From a virus (lineage: Duplodnaviria > Caudoviricetes): a stretch of DNA of 52,563 nt. Numbering within the stretch: position 1 is the stretch's first letter; each line of letters starts with the position of its first letter. Positions 19,224 through 27,758 of this stretch are shown here, piece by piece. The position numbers and the translations under genes are program-made. Where the stretch lies: IMG/VR virus record IMGVR_UViG_3300020183_004978, positions 1 to 52,563 of that record; one strand, 5' to 3'. The notes beneath the pieces were generated by a model, which was given only the letters and a program-made list of their open reading frames with translations, did no database searches and was not told where the DNA came from.

Positions 19224-20045
19224 CTACATTTTGTATCTAAAATCGTTGAAGAACCACGGATAAGCGTCCTGTATTAGCTTACAAGCGTTAGATCCCAAAA
19301 CCTCCCTAAAGTCGTCTCTCACTGGTTTCAACTGTTGTCTGATAATGTGATCTCCGAATACGCCGTACCACTTATCGTCTTCTTTTGTGTATTGAGGAAC
19401 GTTATTGAAATCGTGTTCGAAGTAAGGCAATTCTAAATACTCGTAAATAGCTCTAAGTTGAGGTTCGGGGTTTTCACACAACTCTTCGAATTTTATGAAT
19501 AAGATGTTTGGATGTATGCCTGTCACTAAAATCTCGTACAATCTATCCATTGAGGGACCTATTGGAGGATTGTTGGACCACACCATCATCCTCTTGTCTA
19601 CGTTCGTACCTGTCAAGTTTCCCCAATTTGACAAGTGATGATCTATAAGGGGGTTTTGTCTATACTTCTTTTCCATAGAAGCGTATATCGCTCTTATATC
19701 CCTTATCATGCAAATTACTTTAGGATTCGGATCGAAAGAGTTTAAAAAAGCGTACTCTGATCCCCAGCCCCTACACTTTTCTACGACGTAAGGTCTATCG
19801 GTGAGGGGTTCGTAAAATGCGTATAGTCCCGCTCTCAAAAAAGATTTGAAACCCGATTCCATCTCTTTTGGGTCCTGAGCCTTGAATTCTAAAGAATCTG
19901 AATAGATAGTCCTACACGCAGCTAACATCTCGTAAATTCCCGAGGTGGGAGTAGTGTGTATGTCTGGATTTTGACTTAGTATGTTTTGTATGAGAGTAGA
20001 GCCCGCTCTGGGTAAAGAACTATTATAGAACACTTTTTTAATCAT
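19224..20045 (-). CDS. Sulfotransferase family protein
   Basis: SLPRAGSTL 5'-phosphosulfate loop, IRD..AIYAS 3'-phosphate motif, IKFEEL..NP. Confidence 0.88.
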   Translation of the reverse strand: MIKKVFYNSSLPRAGSTLIQNILSQNPDIHTTPTSGIYEMLAACRTIYSDSLEFKAQDPKEMESGFKSFLRAGLYAFYEPLTDRPYVVEKCRGWGSEYAFLNSFDPNPKVICMIRDIRAIYASMEKKYRQNPLIDHHLSNWGNLTGTNVDKRMMVWSNNPPIGPSMDRLYEILVTGIHPNILFIKFEELCENPEPQLRAIYEYLELPYFEHDFNNVPQYTKEDDKWYGVFGDHIIRQQLKPVRDDFREVLGSNACKLIQDAYPWFFNDFRYKM

Positions 20046-20070
20046 AACAATTTAAACTAGTAAAAATAGT

Positions 20071-20418
20071 TTAGATCATAAACCTTCCGTTGTAGCTAGC
20101 AGTTAGTATTTCTGTTACAGATGTACCTTGTTGAGTAGCGATAATATCTAGTATCGTAGAATCATCAGTTCCCCAATTATCTATTGTGCTACCAGATAAA
20201 ACGACGTTATCAGCGTGTACTGTGTTAAACCCAACTATTTGACCGTTTTCGAAGGCACAGTTACCGTATAAAACTCTAAAATTAACTTTGTTTACACCTA
20301 AAATATATCGATCTGCAAGAGCAGCCACGTAAGATCCTGTAATGTATTCTGGAGTGGGATTGAATAGCGTATCTTGCGTTGCTTTACTAAGTACGGGACT
20401 TATCTTACCAAAAATCAT
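20071..20418 (-). CDS. Hypothetical protein, probably virion-associated
   Basis: 115 aa ORF with its own ATATTTAT motif; contains TGS and SGS. Confidence 0.65.
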   Translation of the reverse strand: MIFGKISPVLSKATQDTLFNPTPEYITGSYVAALADRYILGVNKVNFRVLYGNCAFENGQIVGFNTVHADNVVLSGSTIDNWGTDDSTILDIIATQQGTSVTEILTASYNGRFMI

Positions 20419-20430
20419 AGCCTTCTGTTT

Positions 20431-20578
20431 TTATTTATTAATAAATATTGAGTTTTCAAAGAATGCGTCTATTTGAAATACGCACCCTCCGTACAAATTT
20501 GGAAAAGCGTGATATTCCAATATTCGCTTCAATGTCTACAACCCTCTTGGGTTCAAGGTATCTAAAAAGTTTGTCCAC
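20431..20578 (-). pseudogene. Internally deleted FkbM-like methyltransferase remnant
   Basis: GTG-start DKLFRYLEPKRVVDIEANIG (degenerate DIGANIG) joined out of frame to EYHAFPNLYGGCVFQIDAFF (FkbM-like C-terminus). Confidence 0.6.
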
Positions 20579-21459
20579 TCTTTTACTCTTTCTTCCCAAC
20601 TCCACCTAGTTGAGTACGCTTGCTTTTGCAATTTTAAATGCTCTTTTAATTCTCCGCTCCTTACTTTGTGTATTTCTTCTGAAAGAATTCTAGAAAACTT
20701 TTTGTAGTGATATTCCTTGTTTGCTAAGTAAGGATACATTCTGGCCCAACCCTCTGTGGTTTCAGGCAGCGCTCCTAAATTGGAAGTCACCACTCTCAGT
20801 CCTGCAGATAGCGCTTCTATGACAGATATACAAGAAGTCTCCTCAAAAGTACACGGATAAGCCAGAACGTGAAAAGACGGTAGTTCTTTAAGTAGATCTT
20901 TATTTTCTATAGATCCTCGATAGGTGACTCCTGGTAAGCTCCTGGCTCTTTCGTACAACTGTTCGTACACGCTCTCTTGAGAGGAAGAAAAATCCTTACC
21001 ATATATTTTTGTGCTAGAAAAGACGTGTAGCTCGCAGTTTTCGGGGTTTAACTCTTCCCAAGAATCTAGTAACACGTCTAGTCCCCTCCAAGGAGTAGAA
21101 GTGTAGCACACTTTTACTGTTTCTATTGGAGATTCAAAATCTTTGTCGTAAGTCTGTATACACGCGTTCTTTATCACTTGCGTCTTGTATCCTGGTATGC
21201 CGTAAATCTTTCTGAAACACTCAGCTTGCCATTGACTGACAAAGACGAAAGCGTCTATTTGATCCACGAATGAAGACGTGTTTAAGAATTTAACAGCCTG
21301 TTGATCGTAAGAGAGCTGGTTCCAATACACTAGTTTTTTAGAAGCGTCTGCGTAAACTGGATAGTTAAAAATACTAAATGCTTCTTTGTGGTGCGAGGGT
21401 AACCTATTCATAAGTTCCTCGTACATCAACTCGGTTCCTCCCATCGGTTTGTCAAACAT
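20536..21459 (-). CDS. Glycosyltransferase, GT4-like
   Basis: GGTE, FVSQWQ, YTSTPWRGL, YP..FEETSCISVIEA..G, GALPET. Confidence 0.88.
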   Translation of the reverse strand: MFDKPMGGTELMYEELMNRLPSHHKEAFSIFNYPVYADASKKLVYWNQLSYDQQAVKFLNTSSFVDQIDAFVFVSQWQAECFRKIYGIPGYKTQVIKNACIQTYDKDFESPIETVKVCYTSTPWRGLDVLLDSWEELNPENCELHVFSSTKIYGKDFSSSQESVYEQLYERARSLPGVTYRGSIENKDLLKELPSFHVLAYPCTFEETSCISVIEALSAGLRVVTSNLGALPETTEGWARMYPYLANKEYHYKKFSRILSEEIHKVRSGELKEHLKLQKQAYSTRWSWEERVKEWTNFLDTLNPRGL

Positions 21460-22108
21460 ACTCTAATTTTTTTAGATAGTTTTCGAGGTTTCCCTGGTAC
21501 TTTTTGTATCCTATGTGATTCAGCGTTATAGTTGGGTCGATCCACACTCGATATCCCAATTCTTGCCACTTTTGAGCCAAAACGTAATCCTCTGATATTA
21601 AGTCTCCGTTTTTTACTTTCACATCGAACACCATCCTTTCTTTTTGCCCCTCCGAATCGTAATGTTCGCTGATATTCCACAGTTTTTCTAGAGCAAACTT
21701 AGAAACTTTTAAAAACCCAGTACCCACACCGTCTACGCAAATTATTTTTTTGTCTTCAGACCACTTTAGCTTTTTTTCTTCCAACTTAACAGTGTAACCC
21801 TCTTCTTCTGACTTTTTAACTAGGGCGGCTCCAACTATTGGCTCATGTCTTTTTAACAGACTAAAAAACCACTCTGGATCCCACTCTACGTCTGAATCTA
21901 TGAAGAAGAGGTCGTCGTACTGTTCTTGTATTGCTATTCTAACTAAAGAGTTTCTGGCTCTCTGTATAAGAGAATCGTAAGACGTGTAAACCGCGTGTAC
22001 AAACACGTTCTCTTGATAAGATCTTTTTACGGTTTGTAAAAGGGAATTGGCGTACCAAACGCCAACTGATCCGTCGTAACACGGAGTGCCTATCAAAACT
22101 CTTCGCAT
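21452..22108 (-). CDS. GT-A fold (GT2-like) glycosyltransferase
   Basis: IGTPCY, SLIQRARN, FIDSDV, GTGF, SEDY, L.HIG motifs. Confidence 0.8.
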   Translation of the reverse strand: MRRVLIGTPCYDGSVGVWYANSLLQTVKRSYQENVFVHAVYTSYDSLIQRARNSLVRIAIQEQYDDLFFIDSDVEWDPEWFFSLLKRHEPIVGAALVKKSEEEGYTVKLEEKKLKWSEDKKIICVDGVGTGFLKVSKFALEKLWNISEHYDSEGQKERMVFDVKVKNGDLISEDYVLAQKWQELGYRVWIDPTITLNHIGYKKYQGNLENYLKKLEYV

Positions 22109-22127
22109 TTTAGAATATAAAACTTAT

Positions 22128-25100
22128 TTATTTGTTTTCTAAATTTGTAATCCTAGTGTCAAGTTCTTGTACGGATTTTACTATTGATGCTATAAGTTCT
22201 TCGTAAGTCAACCTATAAGCGTCTTTGTCGTCATCGTGACCAAGGCCGTCGAATTTAACTCCCAATTCGTCTATTACTTGCTTCAATTCTTGAGCAATGA
22301 ATCCGTAGTGTTCCTTATTTCCTATTAAAGTGCCGTCTTTATCTCCGTAATTGTACTTACACTCTCTAACGTACGTTTCTCTATTATCCCAATTAAAAGC
22401 CACGGGTCTAAGCTTTTTAATAAAAGATAGACCAAGTTTTTCTGGTAAAGATTTTACGTTAGTTTTATCCCTGCAATCAGAAACGGTAGACCATGCAACG
22501 TATACACAGTTACAAACGTTATTTCCAGAGTTACCCCAAACTGTGTGTCCGGTCGTAGCGCTTGTAGCACTAGTTGCTCCGACTGCTATCGTGTTGTTGA
22601 CACCCGTATTAAGACCGCTCTGCGCCTTTACGCCTACCGCGGTATTACAATTTCCCGAAGTGTTACTCTTCAGAGCACAAAAGCCTACACCAGTGTTACA
22701 ACAACCGGCCGAAATACTACTCAAAACATCAGCTCCAAAAGCTGAGTTACAACCTCCCGAAAGATAAAGGCCTGACAAAGTCGACATTCCAACACCTGTA
22801 TTTTGAGCTGCCGTATTGGCCTGTAGAGATTTGTAGCCTATCCCTATGTTCGATCCACCGTTACCTGCGTTACACATCGCAAAAGTGCCTATAGCTATAT
22901 TTTCTGATCCGTTAGAACTATTGGCCAACGTGCAGGCTCCTATAGCAATGTTTCTGTTGTTACCGTTACACCTTAAAGAGAACGCTCCAATCGCTACGTT
23001 GTGACTTTCGAAAGTTGTAGCCATGTTGTTTGAGAATAAAGCGCACCTGCCTATAGCGATGTTGTAACCTCCGGTAGTGTTGCACCTAAGAGACAAGTAA
23101 CCTATCGCAACGTTGTTAGTTCCCCTTGTGTTTGCAGCAGCTGCCAAGCTGCCGATCGCAGTGTTAAAGGTGCCCGAAGTGTTACAAATAAGAGCGCTAG
23201 ATCCCACTGCAACGTTATTCACTCCTGTGGTGTTAGCTGTGATAGAGTAAGCGCCCACAGCGATGTTTGCAGTAGTTGTGTTTGTAGAGGCAAACGTATT
23301 CTTTAAAGCGTTTCTTCCCAATGCTATGTTGTGATTACCCGGATTCGCGTTTGGTGAAGACATGGCTTGGTATCCCATAACGATGTTGTGCCCTCCGTTC
23401 ATGCGACACGCTGTCCTGTATCCAAAAGCTATGTTGCAACCTCCACCTCCATTGCCCGCTTCCATCACAAGTTGACCGACTAAAAAGTTAGTGTCGCCGC
23501 AGTTACTGTCTCCTGCTCTGTATCCTATTATGGTTGATCTATGGAAATTACATCCACTCCTACCAGCTGACCTACCAATTAGAGTATTAGAATCCCCCGT
23601 CGTGATTCCACAACCTGGCAAATCTCCCAACATCACATTAAAAGCGCCGCTAGTTAAGGTGGTTCCTGCAGAACTTCCTATCAAAACATTTGCACGACCA
23701 GACGTCATCGCCTGCCCTACATCCCTTCCCACAACCGTGTTCCTAACTCCAGTAGTAAGACAAATTAAACCATGATGTGATATTGCAATATTAGCATAAC
23801 CGGTTGTAACTTTGTAAAGAGCGCAAGTACCAATGGCTATGTTTGAATTAGTAGGCCAATAGTTAGGGTTACCAGCGGGAGCAAAATTTGAATTTCTAAG
23901 CGCTTGGTATCCGATTGCTATTTGCAAATGATTACTTACGTTCGATAATAGAGCCTGATTACCTATTGCTATATTACGCCTACCGCTTACGTTAGAAGCT
24001 AGTGATCTAGACCCTATTGCGACGTTAGAATAACCTACAGTAGCTGCGGTGAGTGCGTACGCGCCAACTGCAATATTAGATGTAGCGGAAGTGGATCCAA
24101 AATTCTGGGCTAGTCCTGCTCCCCTACCCACCGCAACGTTGAAGCCTCCCGTAGTGTTTGCGCAAAGCGCTCTGTACCCCATCGCTACGTTGCTTGCACC
24201 CGTGATGTTTGACCCAAGAGCGTTGCAACCCAACACAGAGTTGGTAATTACTGCTCCCCCTCCCCTACCTACAGCAAGCGAATTTACCACTAAAGCAGTC
24301 CCATCGAAAGTTAAATTGGCTTCTCCATTAATAGTGCCCGCTACTCCTGTAGCTGTGAGTACGAAGTTGTCTACGTTGTTGTTAATGGTAGCAGCACCAG
24401 CTATGCCTTGAATTCCCTGTGTTCCCTGCGTTCCTTGCGCTCCGGTATTACCAGTGGTTCCCTGTGTTCCCTGTGCTCCAGTATTACCAGTGGTTCCCTG
24501 TATTCCCTGTGCTCCAGTGCTGCCTGTAGCTCCTTGCGTTCCTTGCGCTCCGGTATTACCAGTGGTTCCCTGTATTCCCTGTGCCCCAGTGCTGCCTGTG
24601 GCTCCCTGTGTTCCCTGTGCTCCAGTATTACCAGTGGTTCCCTGTATTCCCTGTGCTCCAGTACTGCCTGTGGCTCCTTGCGTTCCTTGCGCTCCGGTAT
24701 TACCAGTGGTTCCTTGTATTCCCTGTGCTCCTGTAGTTCCTTGTATTCCCTGAGTTCCCTGCGCTCCAATGTTACCAGTGGTTCCCTGTATTCCCTGTGT
24801 TCCCTGTATTCCCTGAATTCCTTGAGTTCCTTGTGTTCCCTGAGTTCCCTGCGCTCCGCCTGTTCCTGTAATTCCTTGTGTGCCTTGAGATCCTCCTGAT
24901 CCAGTCGATCCCTGTGTTCCCTGCGTTCCCTGTGCTCCTGTAGTTCCTTGTATTCCCTGAGTTCCCTGTGCTCCAATGTTACCAGTGGTTCCTTGTATTC
25001 CCTGTGCTCCAGTACTGCCTGTGGCTCCCTGCGTTCCCTGTGCTCCAATGTTACCAGTGGTTCCCTGTATTCCCTGTGCTCCTGTAGTTCCTTGTATTCC

Positions 25101-27512
25101 CTGGGTTCCCTGCGCTCCAATGTTACCAGTGGTTCCCTGTATTCCCTGTGCTCCAGTAGTTCCTTGTATTCCCTGAGTTCCCTGCGCTCCAACGTTACCA
25201 GTGGTTCCCTGTATTCCCTGTGCTCCCGTAGTTCCTTGTATTCCCTGAGTTCCTTGCGCTCCAACGTTACCGGTGGTTCCCTGTATTCCCTGTGCGCCTG
25301 TAGTTCCCTGTATTCCCTGAGTTCCCTGCGCTCCAACGTTACCAGTGGTTCCCTGTATTCCCTGTGTTCCCTGTATTCCCTGAATTCCTTGAGTTCCTTG
25401 TGTTCCCTGAGTTCCTTGAGTTCCCTGTATTCCCTGTGTTCCTTGTGTTCCTTGTATTCCCTGAATTCCTTGAGCCCCAGTTATGCCTTGTATTCCCTGA
25501 GTTCCTTGTGTTCCTTGTATTCCCTGAATTCCTTGAGCCCCAGTTATGCCTTGTATTCCCTGCGTTCCTTGAGCTCCTTCTATACCTTGTATTCCCTGAA
25601 TTCCTTGAGCCCCAGTTATGCCTTGTATTCCCTGAATTCCCTGTGTTCCTTGAGTTCCCTGAATTCCTTGTGCCCCAGTTATACCTTGTATTCCTTGTGT
25701 TCCCTGTATTCCCTGCGTTCCTTGAGTTCCTTGTGTTCCTTGCGTTCCTTGAGTTCCTTGTGTTCCCTGGATTCCTTGAATTCCTTGAATGCCCTGGAGA
25801 CTTAAGTCCGTCCTATATCGAAAATTTCCGCTTGTGTCACTTACTACTATATTAGTCTCTGTTGAACCAAGAGGAATATTAGTAAATGATAGACTACCGG
25901 TAATAGAAACGGATCCAGAAAATTGATGGGTGTTTATTGATGGTAAAGTTCCAAACTTAGTAGATCCTGTGATGAAATCCCTAGAAGAAGTGACTTCTTG
26001 GACTACCAAAGTTTGAGCTGTTATGTTACCCGTTGAAAATAAATTTCCGGTTAAAGAAAGAGTAGTTCCATCGAAAGTTAAATTACTTTCTCCATTAAAA
26101 GGTGTCGCTGAATTTCCTGTAGCAGTTACTACAAAATTATTTGTGTTATTAGTTAAAGATGTAGACGCGTCTGTGCCTTGAATTCCTTGTATTCCCTGAA
26201 TTCCCTGTGTTCCTTGAGTTCCCTGAATTCCCTGTGTTCCTTGTATTCCTTGAATTCCTTGTATTCCTTGAGTTCCCTGAATTCCTTGCGCCCCAGTTAT
26301 ACCTTGTATTCCTTGTGTTCCTTGTATTCCCTGAATTCCTTGAGTTCCTTGAGTTCCCTGTATTCCCTGCGTTCCTTGAGTTCCTTGCGCTCCGCCTGCT
26401 CCGCCTGTTCCTGTAATTCCCTGTGTTCCTTGAGCTCCTTCTATACCTTGTATTCCCTGAATTCCTTGAGCCCCAGTTATGCCTTGAATTCCTTGTGTTC
26501 CTTGTATTCCCTGAATTCCCTGTGTTCCTTGGGTTCCCTGAATTCCTTGCGCCCCAGTTATACCTTGTATTCCTTGTATTCCCTGAATTCCTTGCGCCCC
26601 AGTTATACCTTGTATTCCTTGTATTCCCTGAATTCCTTGTGTTCCTTGAATTCCCTGAATTCCTTGCGCCCCAGTTATACCTTGTATTCCTTGTATTCCC
26701 TGAATTCCTTGTGTTCCTTGAATTCCCTGAATTCCCTGAATTCCTTGAGCCCCAGTTATGCCTTGAATTCCCTGTGTTCCTTGAGTTCCCTGAATTCCCT
26801 GTATTCCTTGAGCTCCTTCTATACCTTGTATTCCCTGAATTCCTTGAGCCCCAGTTATGCCTTGAATTCCTTGTATTCCCTGAATTCCCTGTGTTCCTTG
26901 TATTCCCTGAATTCCTTGCGCCCCAGTTATGCCTTGTATTCCTTGTGTTCCTTGTATTCCCTGAATTCCTTGCGCCCCAGTTATGCCTTGTATTCCTTGA
27001 ATTCCTTGGGTTCCTTGAGTTCCTTGAATTCCCTGAATTCCTTGAGTTCCTTGTGTTCCCTGTATTCCTTGAATTCCCTGTATTCCTTGAATTCCCTGTG
27101 TTCCTTGAGTTCCCTGAATTCCTTGTGCCCCAGTTATACCTTGTATTCCTTGTGTTCCTTGTATTCCCTGAATTCCCTGTGTTCCTTGAGTTCCCTGAGT
27201 TCCTTGAGTTCCCTGTATTCCCTGCGTTCCTTGTGTTCCTTGCGTTCCTTGAGTTCCTTGTGTTCCTTGCGTTCCTTGAATACCTTGAACCCCCTGTGTT
27301 CCTTGAGTTCCCTGTAAACTTAAATCTGATCTGAATTTGAAAGATCCGCTTGAATCGATTACCGCTATATTGGTTTCCGTGGTGCCCTGTACGACGTTTG
27401 GAAGATTTAAAGAACCCGATATCAATACGCTTCCGCTTATCGAAAGCGATCCTGTAATTTGAGAATTGTCTAGGGCTATTAGACCATTTCTTACTACGAA
27501 TTCGTTAGCCAT
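22128..27512 (-). CDS. Long tail fibre: two collagen-like tracts, YadA-head-like NxAIG repeats, C-terminal peptidase S74 chaperone
   Basis: Gly-X-Y tracts; repeated N.A[IV]G..AL..N; SDCRDKTNV..L.FIKKLRPV.F..GFIAQE..terminal coiled coil. Confidence 0.88.
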   Translation of the reverse strand: MANEFVVRNGLIALDNSQITGSLSISGSVLISGSLNLPNVVQGTTETNIAVIDSSGSFKFRSDLSLQGTQGTQGVQGIQGTQGTQGTQGTQGTQGTQGIQGTQGTQGTQGTQGIQGIQGTQGIQGITGAQGIQGTQGTQGIQGIQGIQGIQGTQGTQGIQGIQGTQGTQGIQGIQGITGAQGIQGIQGTQGIQGITGAQGIQGIQGTQGIQGIQGIQGITGAQGIQGIQGIEGAQGIQGIQGTQGTQGIQGITGAQGIQGIQGIQGTQGIQGIQGIQGITGAQGIQGIQGTQGIQGIQGIQGITGAQGIQGIQGIQGITGAQGIQGTQGTQGIQGIQGTQGIQGITGAQGIQGIQGIEGAQGTQGITGTGGAGGAQGTQGTQGIQGTQGTQGIQGIQGTQGIQGITGAQGIQGTQGIQGIQGIQGTQGIQGTQGTQGIQGIQGIQGTDASTSLTNNTNNFVVTATGNSATPFNGESNLTFDGTTLSLTGNLFSTGNITAQTLVVQEVTSSRDFITGSTKFGTLPSINTHQFSGSVSITGSLSFTNIPLGSTETNIVVSDTSGNFRYRTDLSLQGIQGIQGIQGTQGTQGTQGTQGTQGTQGIQGTQGIQGITGAQGIQGTQGTQGIQGIQGITGAQGIQGIQGIEGAQGTQGIQGITGAQGIQGIQGTQGTQGIQGITGAQGIQGIQGTQGTQGIQGTQGTQGTQGTQGIQGIQGTQGIQGTTGNVGAQGTQGIQGTTGAQGIQGTTGNVGAQGTQGIQGTTGAQGIQGTTGNVGAQGTQGIQGTTGAQGIQGTTGNIGAQGTQGIQGTTGAQGIQGTTGNIGAQGTQGATGSTGAQGIQGTTGNIGAQGTQGIQGTTGAQGTQGTQGSTGSGGSQGTQGITGTGGAQGTQGTQGTQGIQGIQGTQGIQGTTGNIGAQGTQGIQGTTGAQGIQGTTGNTGAQGTQGATGSTGAQGIQGTTGNTGAQGTQGATGSTGAQGIQGTTGNTGAQGTQGATGSTGAQGIQGTTGNTGAQGTQGTTGNTGAQGTQGTQGIQGIAGAATINNNVDNFVLTATGVAGTINGEANLTFDGTALVVNSLAVGRGGGAVITNSVLGCNALGSNITGASNVAMGYRALCANTTGGFNVAVGRGAGLAQNFGSTSATSNIAVGAYALTAATVGYSNVAIGSRSLASNVSGRRNIAIGNQALLSNVSNHLQIAIGYQALRNSNFAPAGNPNYWPTNSNIAIGTCALYKVTTGYANIAISHHGLICLTTGVRNTVVGRDVGQAMTSGRANVLIGSSAGTTLTSGAFNVMLGDLPGCGITTGDSNTLIGRSAGRSGCNFHRSTIIGYRAGDSNCGDTNFLVGQLVMEAGNGGGGCNIAFGYRTACRMNGGHNIVMGYQAMSSPNANPGNHNIALGRNALKNTFASTNTTTANIAVGAYSITANTTGVNNVAVGSSALICNTSGTFNTAIGSLAAAANTRGTNNVAIGYLSLRCNTTGGYNIAIGRCALFSNNMATTFESHNVAIGAFSLRCNGNNRNIAIGACTLANSSNGSENIAIGTFAMCNAGNGGSNIGIGYKSLQANTAAQNTGVGMSTLSGLYLSGGCNSAFGADVLSSISAGCCNTGVGFCALKSNTSGNCNTAVGVKAQSGLNTGVNNTIAVGATSATSATTGHTVWGNSGNNVCNCVYVAWSTVSDCRDKTNVKSLPEKLGLSFIKKLRPVAFNWDNRETYVRECKYNYGDKDGTLIGNKEHYGFIAQELKQVIDELGVKFDGLGHDDDKDAYRLTYEELIASIVKSVQELDTRITNLENK
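24390..25793 (-). repeat. Collagen-like coding repeat, about 156 Gly-X-Y triplets
   Basis: 9-nt period; GTQ/GIQ/GAQ/GTT/GNT/GST triplets; no Pro. Confidence 0.95.
26178..27311 (-). repeat. Collagen-like coding repeat, about 126 Gly-X-Y triplets
   Basis: 9-nt period; GIQ/GTQ/GIT/GAQ triplets; no Pro. Confidence 0.95.
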
Positions 27513-27566
27513 ATTTTGTTACCTCGGTTCACTTTCCCCGAGATAGGGATTTTCACCTATAAATAT
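27513..27566 (-). promoter_or_regulatory. ATATTTAT motif plus two-hairpin 5' leader of the tail fibre gene
   Basis: ATAGG..CCTAT and CTCGG-GGAAAGTGAA-CCGAG stems between motif and ATG. Confidence 0.55.
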
Positions 27567-27574
27567 TCATTAAT

Positions 27575-27748
27575 CTACAAAGAAAAGACTCTGTATTTTC
27601 TTCCTGTGGTATCTTCCCCCTGAAGCTGTTGAGCTTTTGACTCAGCTTCTGCTTCGTTATCGTACTCGTACACTGGATCCTGCGGATTTAACCTTGCTAC
27701 CCATATTTGAGAATTTCCTGGTATGAATTCTAATTGTACTTGATACAT
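27575..27748 (-). CDS. Small hypothetical protein (57 aa)
   Basis: Below track cutoff: MYQVQLEFIPGNSQIWVARLNPQDPVYEYDNEAEAESKAQQLQGEDTTGRKYRVFSL, with A-rich leader; fills the gap. Confidence 0.75.
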   Translation of the reverse strand: MYQVQLEFIPGNSQIWVARLNPQDPVYEYDNEAEAESKAQQLQGEDTTGRKYRVFSL

Positions 27749-27758
27749 TTTTTTACTT

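Noticed and set aside
21426-21680. 84 aa minus-strand ORF
   Set aside because: Alternate frame inside the well-supported GT-A gene
11853-22108. DNA hypermodification as the purpose of the transferases and oxygenase
   Set aside because: Not excluded but disfavoured: no nucleotide kinase, thymidylate synthase-like or base-modifying genes nearby, and the context is virion structural
24048-27334. Long + strand and alternate-frame ORFs across the collagen region
   Set aside because: Shadows of the 9-nt coding repeat; low-complexity translations with no start context
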